Part shown: piece after piece, positions 27,736 through 37,979 of the stretch
Position numbering within the stretch: the stretch's first letter is position 1
How the letters are laid out: each line of letters starts with the position of its first letter
Source: a phage
Sequence record: PZ495249.1
DNA: 64,000 bases
Strand: one strand, 5' to 3'
The notes under the pieces: generated by a model
Databases searched by the model: none
Told to the model about the DNA's origin: nothing
The model's input: the letters and a program-made list of their open reading frames with translations, nothing else
Program-made: the position numbers and the translations under genes

Positions 27736-30566
27736 TGGTTTTTTCTCAAGTCAATGCCAATATCTGGTAGGCTTGACTGCGGATTCAGTTCACGGTAAAG
27801 TGCATACAGACCGAAGCCACGTAGCAATTCACCTGCGTGGAAACCGAAGAACATGCCGTTGTCCGTATTGGCGCGAGGTGCAACACTCCAGCTTCCGTTC
27901 ATTGGATGATTAGGAGTCAGAATGATGTAATTTTCTTGGATCAGTTCGAAGCAACGATCAGCCACAATACCGATGTTAGGAATTTGATTTTCCAGACCAG
28001 CAAGACCAACATAAGAACATCCAGCCATCCACAACGCTGACATGTGACTTGTGAAGTCATCAATAGGTGCAAGCACTGTTCCATCTGGGTTAAAGATGGT
28101 TGGTGTACGTCCATCATTATGATCCTGGAACCATTTCAGGTAATCAACCCAGTTCTTAACAACTGTCAGTAGTTTAGGTGGAATAGGCTCGTTACGAGCT
28201 TTTAGTTCGTGCAGACAACGTGCAGCACAATAGAATGCGCGAGCTTCGTATCCATCCCAAGCTTTCTCGTTCCAGTGTTTCATTGTGAACTCATTGGTGT
28301 CACCGTATTTCTTAGCATCCCAACGATCCCATACGAATGCTTGAGCCATAGGACCAGGCATTACAGGATTGAATGTTGTGTAGAACCATTGTTGAGCGTC
28401 ATAAAGGAAGTTGATACTTTCATTCAGACGTGTATAATCAATGTTCTGACCTTTGAAGCAATACAGAGTAGGGTACTGGTATCCTGGGTATGGAAGTCCA
28501 CGCCATCCATCAAACAAAGCCGTATTAGGGTCACTGATGTTGGAGAACGGGATAATACCAGGTGTGTAGTACAAACTGTTTAGCTTATAGTCGATGATTA
28601 CACAATCACCAAGTTTGGCATTGTACGGATTGCTTCCCTGTACCGTGATACGGAAATACATGGTATAATCATCACCACTCGTAGAGGAGTAGGTGGTAGG
28701 TACGTCATTAACGCAATACCAATCAATTTTACCATTTACACCGTTCACTGGATCTGTATCCAGCACCAGGTTGATTTGATCTACATGGCTTAAATCAATA
28801 ACAGATGGTTTAGGATCTGTCTCTGGGTGGTTAGGCTGATAAGCACTTAATTTGAAGCTTGCTGGAGTTAGGTTTAATGTAGACCATGCACCACCAGTTT
28901 TCGGAACCATAGCCCACCATCTCCATCCGGCAGCATCTGTAATCGTGATATTAAAATCATCGTTGTAAGATCTGTACGATAGAGACTTTAAGTTTGTTGT
29001 CTCAGCATCAAGTAACCAGAAACCGATAGTGATACCACCATCGCCATCCATTGTTGCACTGCAAATCTGATCACTAATTCCTGATAGAATGTTAGTAGTA
29101 TACTGGAATTGTACCACAGTATTATCACCCCAGTCAACAACAATTCGTGGATCTGCAATAATATATTGACCACCACCAGGAGGAGTTGAACGGACGAAGT
29201 TATATAGCGGAATATCCATTGACTGAATCGCTGTTGTACCTAATGGCAAACCACAACGATACTCAACTAAATCATTCTCAGTTTTTGATTTACTCAGTGA
29301 TAATTCAGGGCGGAACAGCAGACCATTACCTGCATCATCTACACCGGAGAATTGAACACGGAGTTTAGAATTCTGATCTACACGGAACCAGATTGCTTGT
29401 TGTTCCAGTGTAGTTTGTGCAGCCACATTCTGACGAATTGTGATATAACCCTTTGAGTCACGTCCATATACCGGAGTAGCATCTGAGGGGTATGTGTAAT
29501 CATAACTGATACCGTCAGTAAATGGAATAGCTGCCATTGTTGATTTACGGAAGAATTTATCAAAACGGTCAATATCTGAATAGTCGATACATACCATTAA
29601 TGAAGACTGCCAGCAAAGCCAGTATTTTCTTTCTCCAGTAATTTTATACATGATGTAGTTAACATCGCACCACCATGTCTCAGCATCCGAGGCATTGTCT
29701 GCGAAGTCAAGAGAAATAGGAACGTTCACAGGACGGTTATGCCACATTTCATTACGTCCCATTAAATATCCACCTTTATCCACCGGATTGCAAGTTGCGT
29801 AATTGAACTTGTGGTTTCCATTTAATGTTGTGTTCTTTAACTGAACTGTTCCATATTCGGCAACAGAATACCCTTCTTGGATAATATTTCCGTCCCAATC
29901 CACTTTACGTCCCAGGCGGTCGATAATCCAATCCACATCATATTGCTGTCCCTTAGCATCCCAGTTTGTTGATCCGTCAGCGTTAGCAGCATATACTGTT
30001 GCGTTAACAGAATTCCAACCTAAGTTACCGTCGAAAGCGAACCATGCTTTGTCCAGATATTCACCCCAATGCGGAGCACCGTGAGGAATAACAGTACGCC
30101 CGTTTGTCCATGTCATCATGCTTCCTTTGAAGCCACCATGAGTAGGATATCCGTCATCGGTTAACGGGTAGTGTGCCAGGCGCGGTTCTTTCCCGTTAAT
30201 GATCCAGTTAGGACGATATTTAGCCGGAGGATCAGGAATAGGTTGACCACCGAAGAAGTGATCAATATAGGCTTGCCAGTATTTCTTAGCAGAGTCTAAA
30301 TATTTCTTATCCCCCGTAGCAAGATATGCATAGGCACATCCAAGAATCAGCACTGATTGACCTTCGGTAGTAGCGTCACCATTTGGCTGACCTTCTTGAC
30401 CTGTCCAGTTAATAAAGTGTCTGTTGTTCGCTAATACGAATTGTGGGTTGAATACGTAGTGTTGAACTGTAGGATCAATAGTCAAACCCGTATTACGATC
30501 AAGGAACTGAATATGTCCCTCAATCAATTGAAAAGCATTGTCAATATTGTGCTGTGTTCTTGACAT
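27732..30566 (-). CDS. large baseplate/tail-associated protein, function unknown
   Basis: 944 aa, Trp/Tyr/Asn-rich; embedded among baseplate genes. Confidence 0.5.
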   Translation of the reverse strand: MSRTQHNIDNAFQLIEGHIQFLDRNTGLTIDPTVQHYVFNPQFVLANNRHFINWTGQEGQPNGDATTEGQSVLILGCAYAYLATGDKKYLDSAKKYWQAYIDHFFGGQPIPDPPAKYRPNWIINGKEPRLAHYPLTDDGYPTHGGFKGSMMTWTNGRTVIPHGAPHWGEYLDKAWFAFDGNLGWNSVNATVYAANADGSTNWDAKGQQYDVDWIIDRLGRKVDWDGNIIQEGYSVAEYGTVQLKNTTLNGNHKFNYATCNPVDKGGYLMGRNEMWHNRPVNVPISLDFADNASDAETWWCDVNYIMYKITGERKYWLCWQSSLMVCIDYSDIDRFDKFFRKSTMAAIPFTDGISYDYTYPSDATPVYGRDSKGYITIRQNVAAQTTLEQQAIWFRVDQNSKLRVQFSGVDDAGNGLLFRPELSLSKSKTENDLVEYRCGLPLGTTAIQSMDIPLYNFVRSTPPGGGQYIIADPRIVVDWGDNTVVQFQYTTNILSGISDQICSATMDGDGGITIGFWLLDAETTNLKSLSYRSYNDDFNITITDAAGWRWWAMVPKTGGAWSTLNLTPASFKLSAYQPNHPETDPKPSVIDLSHVDQINLVLDTDPVNGVNGKIDWYCVNDVPTTYSSTSGDDYTMYFRITVQGSNPYNAKLGDCVIIDYKLNSLYYTPGIIPFSNISDPNTALFDGWRGLPYPGYQYPTLYCFKGQNIDYTRLNESINFLYDAQQWFYTTFNPVMPGPMAQAFVWDRWDAKKYGDTNEFTMKHWNEKAWDGYEARAFYCAARCLHELKARNEPIPPKLLTVVKNWVDYLKWFQDHNDGRTPTIFNPDGTVLAPIDDFTSHMSALWMAGCSYVGLAGLENQIPNIGIVADRCFELIQENYIILTPNHPMNGSWSVAPRANTDNGMFFGFHAGELLRGFGLYALYRELNPQSSLPDIGIDLRKNQ

Positions 30567-31039
30567 TAAATAACTCCTGCTGTCGCTAACTTACCTGTCC
30601 AGGTAGCGCCGTTGTCATAGCTGGTGAACTCGAAAGTGTCAACAGCCCCTTGTGCATAACTCAACACCGGATCACGTCCATAGCTCCACTTGACAGAAGG
30701 AGGCCATGATACTAAATTAGCACCACTGCCTTGTTTCAATGCCAATACAAACGTCTGAACCACGTTCGTAGTTACAGGAATGTTTGTGAAGCTGATTGTA
30801 CATGTTGAGGATGATAGTGTGGCAGTGAAATAGTCTGCCGTGTTTAAGTCTAAAGATAAAGCACTACCTACTGTTCCTCTTACAGAGAGGCGGTTACGCA
30901 CCACCCCTCCTCCGGCAAGAAGAACTTTCAAGGCAGTTTTCTTAGTGATACCCGCTTGGTCAGTAATGAAGAAATCATTATCTCCTACTGACGTTGTTTG
31001 GGAAAGATCACTAACCTTGATTGTTGTTAGATCTGCCAT
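30566..31039 (-). CDS. hypothetical tail/baseplate protein
   Basis: 157 aa; translationally coupled to neighbours. Confidence 0.4.
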   Translation of the reverse strand: MADLTTIKVSDLSQTTSVGDNDFFITDQAGITKKTALKVLLAGGGVVRNRLSVRGTVGSALSLDLNTADYFTATLSSSTCTISFTNIPVTTNVVQTFVLALKQGSGANLVSWPPSVKWSYGRDPVLSYAQGAVDTFEFTSYDNGATWTGKLATAGVI

Positions 31040-31667
31040 TTATACTGTTAACTCCCATAGTTGCAGTAATACCGAAGCCATTATCATTCGCCAATGCTTT
31101 ACCACCCTCGTTGACCATGATTTTCTCAACGAGTCCTTCTTCAACCCATTCATTCCACCAGGTAGAATATGTTCCTCTTGGTAGCCCAACAAAGTTGATG
31201 AAGCGGTATAGACGGTTAGAAGAATCGACAATTTCGAATGCTTCACAAGTGATCGAAGCGTTATCATCCCCAGATTCAGGATAAATAAATTCTTCGGAAG
31301 GTTGTGTGTTAAATACTGAGGTAACAGTATCTGCACCAACTGTAACAGTGACATTCATAGAGTAATATCTTTCATCACGATCAAAGTAGGACGTGTATGA
31401 ATTGATATTGTCTACGTAAATGTTGTTAGCAATTTCAGCCAGGAAGATTCTGTCCACAACTTCTTTCTTCTTAGCCACACCTACAATTTCTTGGAGATAT
31501 GGTACACCGAATTGAGAATTTAGGAACCACTCTCCACGATATGTTTTAAGAGTGATACCTAAAGTTTGAGCAGCAATTTCCGTCTTCGTTGTCGTTAGTG
31601 TAAGATCCCCGTTCGCAAGAACGAGGTCATTATTACTACCTAACTTTAGATCAAATGGAATACCCAT
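31011..31667 (-). CDS. hypothetical baseplate protein
   Basis: 218 aa. Confidence 0.4.
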   Translation of the reverse strand: MGIPFDLKLGSNNDLVLANGDLTLTTTKTEIAAQTLGITLKTYRGEWFLNSQFGVPYLQEIVGVAKKKEVVDRIFLAEIANNIYVDNINSYTSYFDRDERYYSMNVTVTVGADTVTSVFNTQPSEEFIYPESGDDNASITCEAFEIVDSSNRLYRFINFVGLPRGTYSTWWNEWVEEGLVEKIMVNEGGKALANDNGFGITATMGVNSINGRSNNNQG

Positions 31668-31669
31668 TA

Positions 31670-32404
31670 TTATTCTCCAGTAGGTGGATCAGATTCACGA
31701 GAACTATTACCGCTCTGAACGTTACGGACTGTGTGGGTGTGGTTATGGAATCCAATACCGTTACCATCAGTCATCTTACCGCTTTCGTCGATAATTAAGC
31801 CGTTAATGTTTACTACGCCACCTTTCCATGTTAACTTACCGCCAGAGATGGTTAATGTTCCTGTACCATCCGTGATAGTTATTCCAGAAGGTGTCATATC
31901 CATTTTCATGCCTTGGCTATTGTAAATGGAAATAGTACCTGTCGGGTCGAATGAGGCGTATGTATTTTTATTGTTTGAGATAACCACTTTATCGGAGTCA
32001 ACTGGTTCAGTCGAATCGGTTGCAGTAGAAATCTTAGGAATGAAGCAAGCCGGATAAAGCCCACACGGTTGAATTAAAGTGCTTCCACTGGAAGAGTCAC
32101 CAGATGTTTGGAATGCATTAGATGGATCTCGTTCAGAGAAGATCACCACTCCAATATCCCCCGCTTTAATCGGGAATGAAATGCGTCCAGTACCACCACC
32201 ATTTACCATAAAGGGTACATCGTGGAATGTTGGGTAGTCAATTTCATCATCAGTAGAACGTGTGTTCTTTACGATAGATTCCAGTGTAACTGTTTTACCG
32301 CCGTAATCAACGCCTGTAACACGTACAGGCAATGATGTATGAACTTCCGCAAGTTGCTCCAGCATTAAACCTCGAAGAGAGGTTACAAAATTAAGAGCGT
32401 CCAT
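31670..32404 (-). CDS. baseplate central spike (gpV-like) with C-terminal His-rich apex
   Basis: 244 aa; C-terminal GIGFHNHTHTV motif resembles metal-binding spike tips. Confidence 0.45.
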   Translation of the reverse strand: MDALNFVTSLRGLMLEQLAEVHTSLPVRVTGVDYGGKTVTLESIVKNTRSTDDEIDYPTFHDVPFMVNGGGTGRISFPIKAGDIGVVIFSERDPSNAFQTSGDSSSGSTLIQPCGLYPACFIPKISTATDSTEPVDSDKVVISNNKNTYASFDPTGTISIYNSQGMKMDMTPSGITITDGTGTLTISGGKLTWKGGVVNINGLIIDESGKMTDGNGIGFHNHTHTVRNVQSGNSSRESDPPTGE

Positions 32405-33423
32405 TATTTACCTTTCTTGATAATTGCGGATACAGATACAGACTCAACTTCTGTTGTCCAATCTTTCCCTTCTTTGTCGCCAGTGTGTGTCACAGACACA
32501 ACTTTAAATCCACCATCATAATCATGACTCTTGAGCCAAACTGTTTTCTCTGGTAGAATAGCACCATTCATTTCACATTTGAATTTAACACCATCAGTAG
32601 GTTTCTTAGCCTTCTTAGAAGACTTGGTAACTTTCTGGGTTGGTTTAATATCGTTGTGGAAAGGTTCGGGACTTCCTATTAAACCTGTCTCTGGGCTAAT
32701 GTACGCACAACGTGCGCTTGACATTTGAGAACGAGGTGTAACATAAACTGAACCATCTTGAATAGACACGTTATGATCGATACTTCGACAAATATGTTCA
32801 AGATAGTGCGAAGTGTTTCCGCACATCGCTGTGGCTGATGAAAGTGTTTGGTCTGTGTCAATGTGAATATTACCCTCGGTTGTACCGAGATCTTTCACCA
32901 GGTCACTTACTACTTTCTTAACCTTAGTACCTTTTGGATAACTACGACTTGTACGGGCTTCGGCAATGTTAATGCCACCATCAAGGCAATGTAACACTGT
33001 CTTGCGTTCCGTGTTATTGAATGTGTCACTTACCCATTGCACAGTTCCTTTGAAAATCATAACTAAATCTTGACCTTCATATCCAACTGCCAATGCAACT
33101 GCCAAGTTGTTTCGGATAGAACGGTTAATATAGTTTACTGTGTCATCTGATAAGTTATAAATAGTAATCTCTGCCTGATTAGGATCTTTATTATTATCTT
33201 TCTTTACTGTGAAAGATATTTGATGTTCCGTAAGTAGATATAAATTAGCAGACGACTTTGTTGTACTTGAAATCTTTGTGTCCAAATCAACTGTCGATTT
33301 AAATGAAGAGTTCTTAGTACGTTTCTTTGAAGTATCGGTAGCTGTACCGATTAGAAGCTTATAGGCTCTATTTAAGTTAGGAGCCGGAGCTTTCGTATAT
33401 TGTCTTTCTGTTGTATCTGCCAC
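32404..33423 (-). CDS. baseplate hub / tail protein
   Basis: 339 aa; position between spike and tape measure. Confidence 0.4.
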   Translation of the reverse strand: MADTTERQYTKAPAPNLNRAYKLLIGTATDTSKKRTKNSSFKSTVDLDTKISSTTKSSANLYLLTEHQISFTVKKDNNKDPNQAEITIYNLSDDTVNYINRSIRNNLAVALAVGYEGQDLVMIFKGTVQWVSDTFNNTERKTVLHCLDGGINIAEARTSRSYPKGTKVKKVVSDLVKDLGTTEGNIHIDTDQTLSSATAMCGNTSHYLEHICRSIDHNVSIQDGSVYVTPRSQMSSARCAYISPETGLIGSPEPFHNDIKPTQKVTKSSKKAKKPTDGVKFKCEMNGAILPEKTVWLKSHDYDGGFKVVSVTHTGDKEGKDWTTEVESVSVSAIIKKGK

Positions 33424-33434
33424 GTAACCTCCTA

Positions 33435-33854
33435 TTAAGCTTGATCAGATACTGCATCTATGTAGACAAGTGCAAAACGTTTATCTAATCCGGTTGTTGT
33501 GAAACCTGGTCTTCCGTTCATCTTCACTGTGTCTACCAAGAAAAGCTGTCCATCTGGTACTGATTCTAAATGTTTGTACGGCAACAGTAAGTCTAAACCG
33601 TTTGTAATCTTGAAGGTAATACTCGGATCATCCCCAGATAACCCCAACTGACATTGCCAGGATTCATCTCTGGTGTTCCAACGCAGACGAATATCGTAAT
33701 CTACTCCATCCAGTGTTACGGTGTAAGTTTGATCTGGGTATTCTTCTGTCTTGAGATACCATGCGAAATATGTTGAACGGTCGTCAAGGAATACTGCTTT
33801 GTAGCCAGTGTTCGTTGTTGTACGGCTGGCTTGAGAGAATGAAGAAATAGCCAT
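33435..33854 (-). CDS. hypothetical tail protein
   Basis: 139 aa. Confidence 0.4.
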   Translation of the reverse strand: MAISSFSQASRTTTNTGYKAVFLDDRSTYFAWYLKTEEYPDQTYTVTLDGVDYDIRLRWNTRDESWQCQLGLSGDDPSITFKITNGLDLLLPYKHLESVPDGQLFLVDTVKMNGRPGFTTTGLDKRFALVYIDAVSDQA

Positions 33855-34558
33855 TATCTTCCTGTCGGACCTCCGTTGTTAAGATTAGACGTTCCTGTTG
33901 TATCACCAGTACGCTGAGTTAAATCACCCTGTGGTGCAACAACCTTCTGCTTAACTGTGCCACCGACGTTCTTGTTGGCTTTGGTTTTAGTTGCAATTAT
34001 GTTTGTTTCGCCATAGGATACAAGACGAATTTGCTCAAACTCCAATTCAAATTGCATGGCATATTCAGATTGATAGTCGTAAGAAATTCCCTTGAGGATC
34101 ACATTTTCATAAACTCTATGTTCTGTGATAAGAATAATTGGTTGACGCGCATCAAAAATCTGGTCAAGATAGGTGATAGCCTGACTAATACGTGTTCCGT
34201 TAACTCCTGCACTGTAGAGCATGTCCCTCATAAGACGGACAGGCGTTTCAGTTATCATACCCGATAATGTGAATGTGTTGTTCTTAATTTGCACATGGTC
34301 TGATACGTCAGCGCCATTTTCTACAGGATAACTTGTAACGTCTGCTTGACGTTTAATCCCTACACTCGGAACGGCATCGAACACAATGGCTTGAAAGTTC
34401 TGAATGTACTGATCGCTGGAACTGTTGTAGATGCTTGCAAGAATACAAAATCCGTTTTCACTTTTTACCGTAGAACTGGTATTACTATTCTGCGTAGAGT
34501 TAATGGCTCTTTCCATTTCGGACATTTCGCCAGTGTTTTGGCTTGGTTGTGTTGCCAT
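33854..34558 (-). CDS. hypothetical tail protein
   Basis: 234 aa; preceded by a promoter-like element. Confidence 0.4.
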   Translation of the reverse strand: MATQPSQNTGEMSEMERAINSTQNSNTSSTVKSENGFCILASIYNSSSDQYIQNFQAIVFDAVPSVGIKRQADVTSYPVENGADVSDHVQIKNNTFTLSGMITETPVRLMRDMLYSAGVNGTRISQAITYLDQIFDARQPIILITEHRVYENVILKGISYDYQSEYAMQFELEFEQIRLVSYGETNIIATKTKANKNVGGTVKQKVVAPQGDLTQRTGDTTGTSNLNNGGPTGR

Positions 34559-34603
34559 GTTTTACCTCTTAGTTAGTTTAGGGTGGATCTTCCCATATGA
34601 CTT

Positions 34604-34633
34604 ATTTTAACACATATAGCAAGAGTTTGTCAA
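34604..34633 (-). promoter_or_regulatory. sigma70-like promoter TTGACA-N18-TAAAAT with TGT extended -10 (minus sense)
   Basis: Reverse complement of 34628..34633 is TTGACA and of 34604..34609 is TAAAAT; sits between the tape-measure terminator and the next gene. Confidence 0.4.
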
Positions 34634-34646
34634 GAGAAACGAAAAA

Positions 34647-34668
34647 ACCCCGCCGAAGCGAGGTTTAT
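34647..34668 (-). terminator. intrinsic terminator after the tape measure gene
   Basis: Minus sense CCTCGC-TTCG-GCGGGG followed by TTTTTTC. Confidence 0.5.
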
Positions 34669-34670
34669 CA

Positions 34671-36629
34671 TTATCCGCCAGTTGATGAACCACCACTTGA
34701 CATTTGTAATGTCAGTGACTGAGTGTATGAGTTACTGAATTCATTCATACGAGCATCAAACATGTTCTGGAATCCGTAGCTGTCTGGTGTAATCAGAACT
34801 TGGAACGCCTCTTTAGGGATCGTCAGAGTGTTCTGTACTAATAGTTGAGACTGCGTAGGACGATAAGAGTTAGCACCAAGAGTTGCTTGGTTAGCAGCAA
34901 AACTGTATGGGTCCATACTTGCGTAGCTGTTTGCAAATCCAACCTGGTTCGGACCGAGAGCAGCCTGTCCAGCCATAAGGTTAGGATCTTGTACGCCAGG
35001 GATCATGTTCAGATTGGCTGCGCTATTCATCATACTATTCCAACGAGCTACCAACCAACCAACTGCACTATCTTCATAGTACAAGCCGTTATCGGAAAGT
35101 TTTTCATGCTTATTCTCAGGATTAATACTTACAACCCAACTTGCAAGAGATGCAAGAGCGACAGCAATTTCACCCGCTGATTTACCGATCTCTTTCGCTG
35201 CATTCATGAATAGAGGAACATTCTTCTGGAACTCAGGAGCTTCCTTCATTGCATCCATGAAACCAACCACCATGTTAGCGCTAAAACCGTCACCGAACTG
35301 ATTCATTTTCTCTGAAAGAATAACGTACTGTTGAGCGGCTTTGATTTGTTGATCAGTTAGCGCACCACCAGTTTGAGTTAACTGGCGAACCATGTCCATG
35401 TACTCTTTACCGTTGTCCAGGAACATACGTTGGTAGTGCATTAAGTCATCACCTAAGTTTTCCATTAGACGACCAATCTGCGCAGAGTTCATACCACGAC
35501 GCTGACCTTCATTCACAGTTGCCTGGATAAAGTCAAGAGGTCTGTTCTGGAATTGTTTAAGCTGATCAATGTTCCAACCAAACTGGTTCATGATATCGTT
35601 AATACCGCTATCACCACCTTTCCACTTCCCTGATTTTTGGTCAAAGGTAGAGTTCATCGCAGAGTTACCTAAGCGTTCACGAACGTCTTTGATGTTGTCG
35701 ATTGCTTTGATGATGTTAGCTGAGTCAACACCGTTCACACGTCCCCAGGCTTGCATAGCTAAGATTGCGTTAGGGTTAGTCTGTACGTTCTGAGCACCAC
35801 GAGAAATCATGTTGGTACGTTCAGCACTCTTCGACATTGTTTCCTGAATACGGCGTAGTCCTTCAACCACTCCAGCACCAAGAATAGCCCCTGCAATCAT
35901 GCTTGGGTTAAGTCCTAAACCACCTTCTTTGATTCTATCATAACGACGAGCACGATCTCTTGCTCTTTGATCCTGTTCACGCTTCTGTTCACGTTCACGA
36001 AGTTTACGTTCTCTTTCACGTTGACGAATACGGGCTTTTGCGATAGCCTCTTCTTCACGTTTGACACGGCGACGGCCTCTCACTTCATCTTCGATCTCTG
36101 CGTTCTTAGCGCGGTGAGAACGACGAATGTTATCAAGCTGATGAGCCATTGTTTGGTTTAAACGTTGAAGAGTGATTTGCTCTTGACGATATAAATCTAA
36201 CGTCTGTGAGACAATACGGTTTGCTTGTTGGAGTGTAGCGTTATCGGCTTTTGGAAGCTGTGCTGCTCGGAACGAGAAGTTTTCCATCTTCATGTTCGCG
36301 ATATCATTTCTACGTACAGCCGGATCTACCTTCGGTGGTTTTGGCGGCTTAGGTGGACGTGGAGGAGGTGGCGCGGGTGGTGGATTACCACCGCCAGCAC
36401 CTGGAGGAGGATTGCCCCCTCCGGCTCCGCGCATAGCGTCACGAATACGTTTAGCGTAACGTTCCATCTCTTGCATCTGGCGTCTAATCTTCGTCATGTT
36501 CAATGACGGTTGAATACCTTCCGCAAAATTTTTGATACCTTGGATGGAATCCTTTGCCTCTTTCAGACTCTGTTTATCCACCGTAAAGGTAACGGTGTTT
36601 TTGATTTTCGAAGTGTTAATTTCTAACAA
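34671..36629 (-). CDS. tail tape measure protein
   Basis: 652 aa; Lys/Arg/Glu coiled-coil tract, Pro/Gly-rich GGGNPPPGAGGGNPPP segment; located after the chaperone frameshift pair. Confidence 0.65.
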   Translation of the reverse strand: MLEINTSKIKNTVTFTVDKQSLKEAKDSIQGIKNFAEGIQPSLNMTKIRRQMQEMERYAKRIRDAMRGAGGGNPPPGAGGGNPPPAPPPPRPPKPPKPPKVDPAVRRNDIANMKMENFSFRAAQLPKADNATLQQANRIVSQTLDLYRQEQITLQRLNQTMAHQLDNIRRSHRAKNAEIEDEVRGRRRVKREEEAIAKARIRQRERERKLREREQKREQDQRARDRARRYDRIKEGGLGLNPSMIAGAILGAGVVEGLRRIQETMSKSAERTNMISRGAQNVQTNPNAILAMQAWGRVNGVDSANIIKAIDNIKDVRERLGNSAMNSTFDQKSGKWKGGDSGINDIMNQFGWNIDQLKQFQNRPLDFIQATVNEGQRRGMNSAQIGRLMENLGDDLMHYQRMFLDNGKEYMDMVRQLTQTGGALTDQQIKAAQQYVILSEKMNQFGDGFSANMVVGFMDAMKEAPEFQKNVPLFMNAAKEIGKSAGEIAVALASLASWVVSINPENKHEKLSDNGLYYEDSAVGWLVARWNSMMNSAANLNMIPGVQDPNLMAGQAALGPNQVGFANSYASMDPYSFAANQATLGANSYRPTQSQLLVQNTLTIPKEAFQVLITPDSYGFQNMFDARMNEFSNSYTQSLTLQMSSGGSSTGG

Positions 36630-36644
36630 GGGATTCCTCCGCTA

Positions 36645-36995
36645 TTACTCGTTAGGGATCATATTCTTGAAGACATTATCCAGTTGTTTAACTGTACGTT
36701 GTTGTCCTCGTTTAATATCATGATCTTTGGCATAAAGCGCCTCAACATATTCTTCGTAAGTCAGATATTCATACAACTTGAGAAGATAGTCCACCCCGTA
36801 GTTATCCAGCGTGTACAATGTTTCAGAGGTGTGTTTCACTACTTTACAGAGAATAACTTCATACCATGTTAAGCTAATTGTTTGCGAGGCAATGTCAATT
36901 GCATGTTTAATGGCTGGATTTAGCTCTTCGCCAGGCTCTCTATTCCTTTGAACTGTGTCAACAGTTTTCCGAAACCTCGTTTGAAAAAAGGGGAA
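36645..36995 (-). CDS. -1 frame extension of the tail assembly chaperone (GT-like product)
   Basis: The -1 frame is open from the slippery site at 36993..36999 down to the stop at 36645 and contains ORF 36645..36839. Confidence 0.55.
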   Translation of the reverse strand, partial: FPFFQTRFRKTVDTVQRNREPGEELNPAIKHAIDIASQTISLTWYEVILCKVVKHTSETLYTLDNYGVDYLLKLYEYLTYEEYVEALYAKDHDIKRGQQRTVKQLDNVFKNMIPNE

Positions 36996-37402
36996 TAGTT
37001 CACCTCAAGAACTTTCGCAGTTAATTCAATTACGAGTTCAGGGTGAGCAAAGAATAATTCGTCGAAGTTTTCTGATACGTTATGACCAGATTCAGTATAA
37101 ACCTCATCAAGAATTTTCTGGAGGAATAACGCCAGGTTCTTTTCTTCCAATCCTGAGAATAGCTGAATAAGTGCCATCGCAATACGCGCTTCAAGATCCT
37201 CGTCTGCTGACGAAGTAGCCGTGTCATACATGATCATTGGGACAGCTAATACGCTTCCCAGTTCAGGAATCCTTTCAAATACTTTGGTTGGACTCCATTT
37301 TAAAATTCTGAATCGGACAGAACGACCTTCATCAAGTTCAATGTCTACGATTTCTTCTGGACGTGCATACTTTTGGATAGTATTATCTTTCTGTTTTTCC
37401 AT
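36920..37402 (-). CDS. tail assembly chaperone (G-like, 0-frame product)
   Basis: Sits between tube and tape measure; start set at ATG 37402 after RBS gagagaggaatatata; slippery heptamer 18 codons before its stop. Confidence 0.6.
   Translation of the reverse strand: MEKQKDNTIQKYARPEEIVDIELDEGRSVRFRILKWSPTKVFERIPELGSVLAVPMIMYDTATSSADEDLEARIAMALIQLFSGLEEKNLALFLQKILDEVYTESGHNVSENFDELFFAHPELVIELTAKVLEVNYSPFFKRGFGKLLTQFKGIESLAKS
36993..36999 (-). other. programmed -1 ribosomal frameshift slippery heptamer T_TTT_TTC
   Basis: Minus sense ccT TTT TTC in the X_XXY_YYZ register of the 0 frame. Confidence 0.55.
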
Positions 37403-37425
37403 TATATATTCCTCTCTCAAAAAAT

Positions 37426-37446
37426 AAAGGGCATTGCTGCCCTTTT
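37426..37446 (-). terminator. intrinsic terminator after the tail tube gene
   Basis: Minus sense AAAGGGCA-GCAA-TGCCCTTT followed by ATTTTTT. Confidence 0.5.
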
Positions 37447-37449
37447 ATA

Positions 37450-37929
37450 TTACTGAATGGTCAGCGCAGAAATTGAGTTCAGCGCGTTAACGCCAACACC
37501 AATTGTTGAGCGAAGCAGAGTCGCATCTTGCAGACCGATTACCCACTGGTTTTCCTGAATAGTGTCACCGATGGTATCGTCTGGTTGACTTTGAATCCAA
37601 CCAATGGTAGTAATGTAGTAACCGCGAGGGTCTTCCAGGTATACGCTGAAAGCTACTGCGCGAGTAGAATACATTTGCTGTGCATAGGCTGAAAGAACTT
37701 CATTAGCCGGAGATGTACGTTGCAAAGACATAGTTAGCGTACCAAGACGGTTACGGCTAAGCGCTAATGAAACATCACCATCAGTACCAGCATATGGGTT
37801 GATGATATCGTTGGTTTTAGATACTACGATCTTAGTATCTGAGGCAAAGCCCCACGGTTCCCAACCACCCAGAGAAAGAATTACCTGAGAAGGGTCGTAG
37901 GCCATCATGCCTGTAAGCATTTTATCCAA
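37450..37929 (-). CDS. tail tube protein
   Basis: 159 aa directly downstream of the sheath gene. Confidence 0.55.
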   Translation of the reverse strand: MDKMLTGMMAYDPSQVILSLGGWEPWGFASDTKIVVSKTNDIINPYAGTDGDVSLALSRNRLGTLTMSLQRTSPANEVLSAYAQQMYSTRAVAFSVYLEDPRGYYITTIGWIQSQPDDTIGDTIQENQWVIGLQDATLLRSTIGVGVNALNSISALTIQ

Positions 37930-37955
37930 AGTGGATCTCCTTTACTTGTGTATAA

Positions 37956-37973
37956 GCGGGGCTTTCACCCCGC
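37956..37973 (-). promoter_or_regulatory. hairpin between sheath and tube genes (possible attenuator)
   Basis: GCGGGG-loop-CCCCGC, 6 bp GC stem, no strong T tract. Confidence 0.3.
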
Positions 37974-37979
37974 CCTCGA

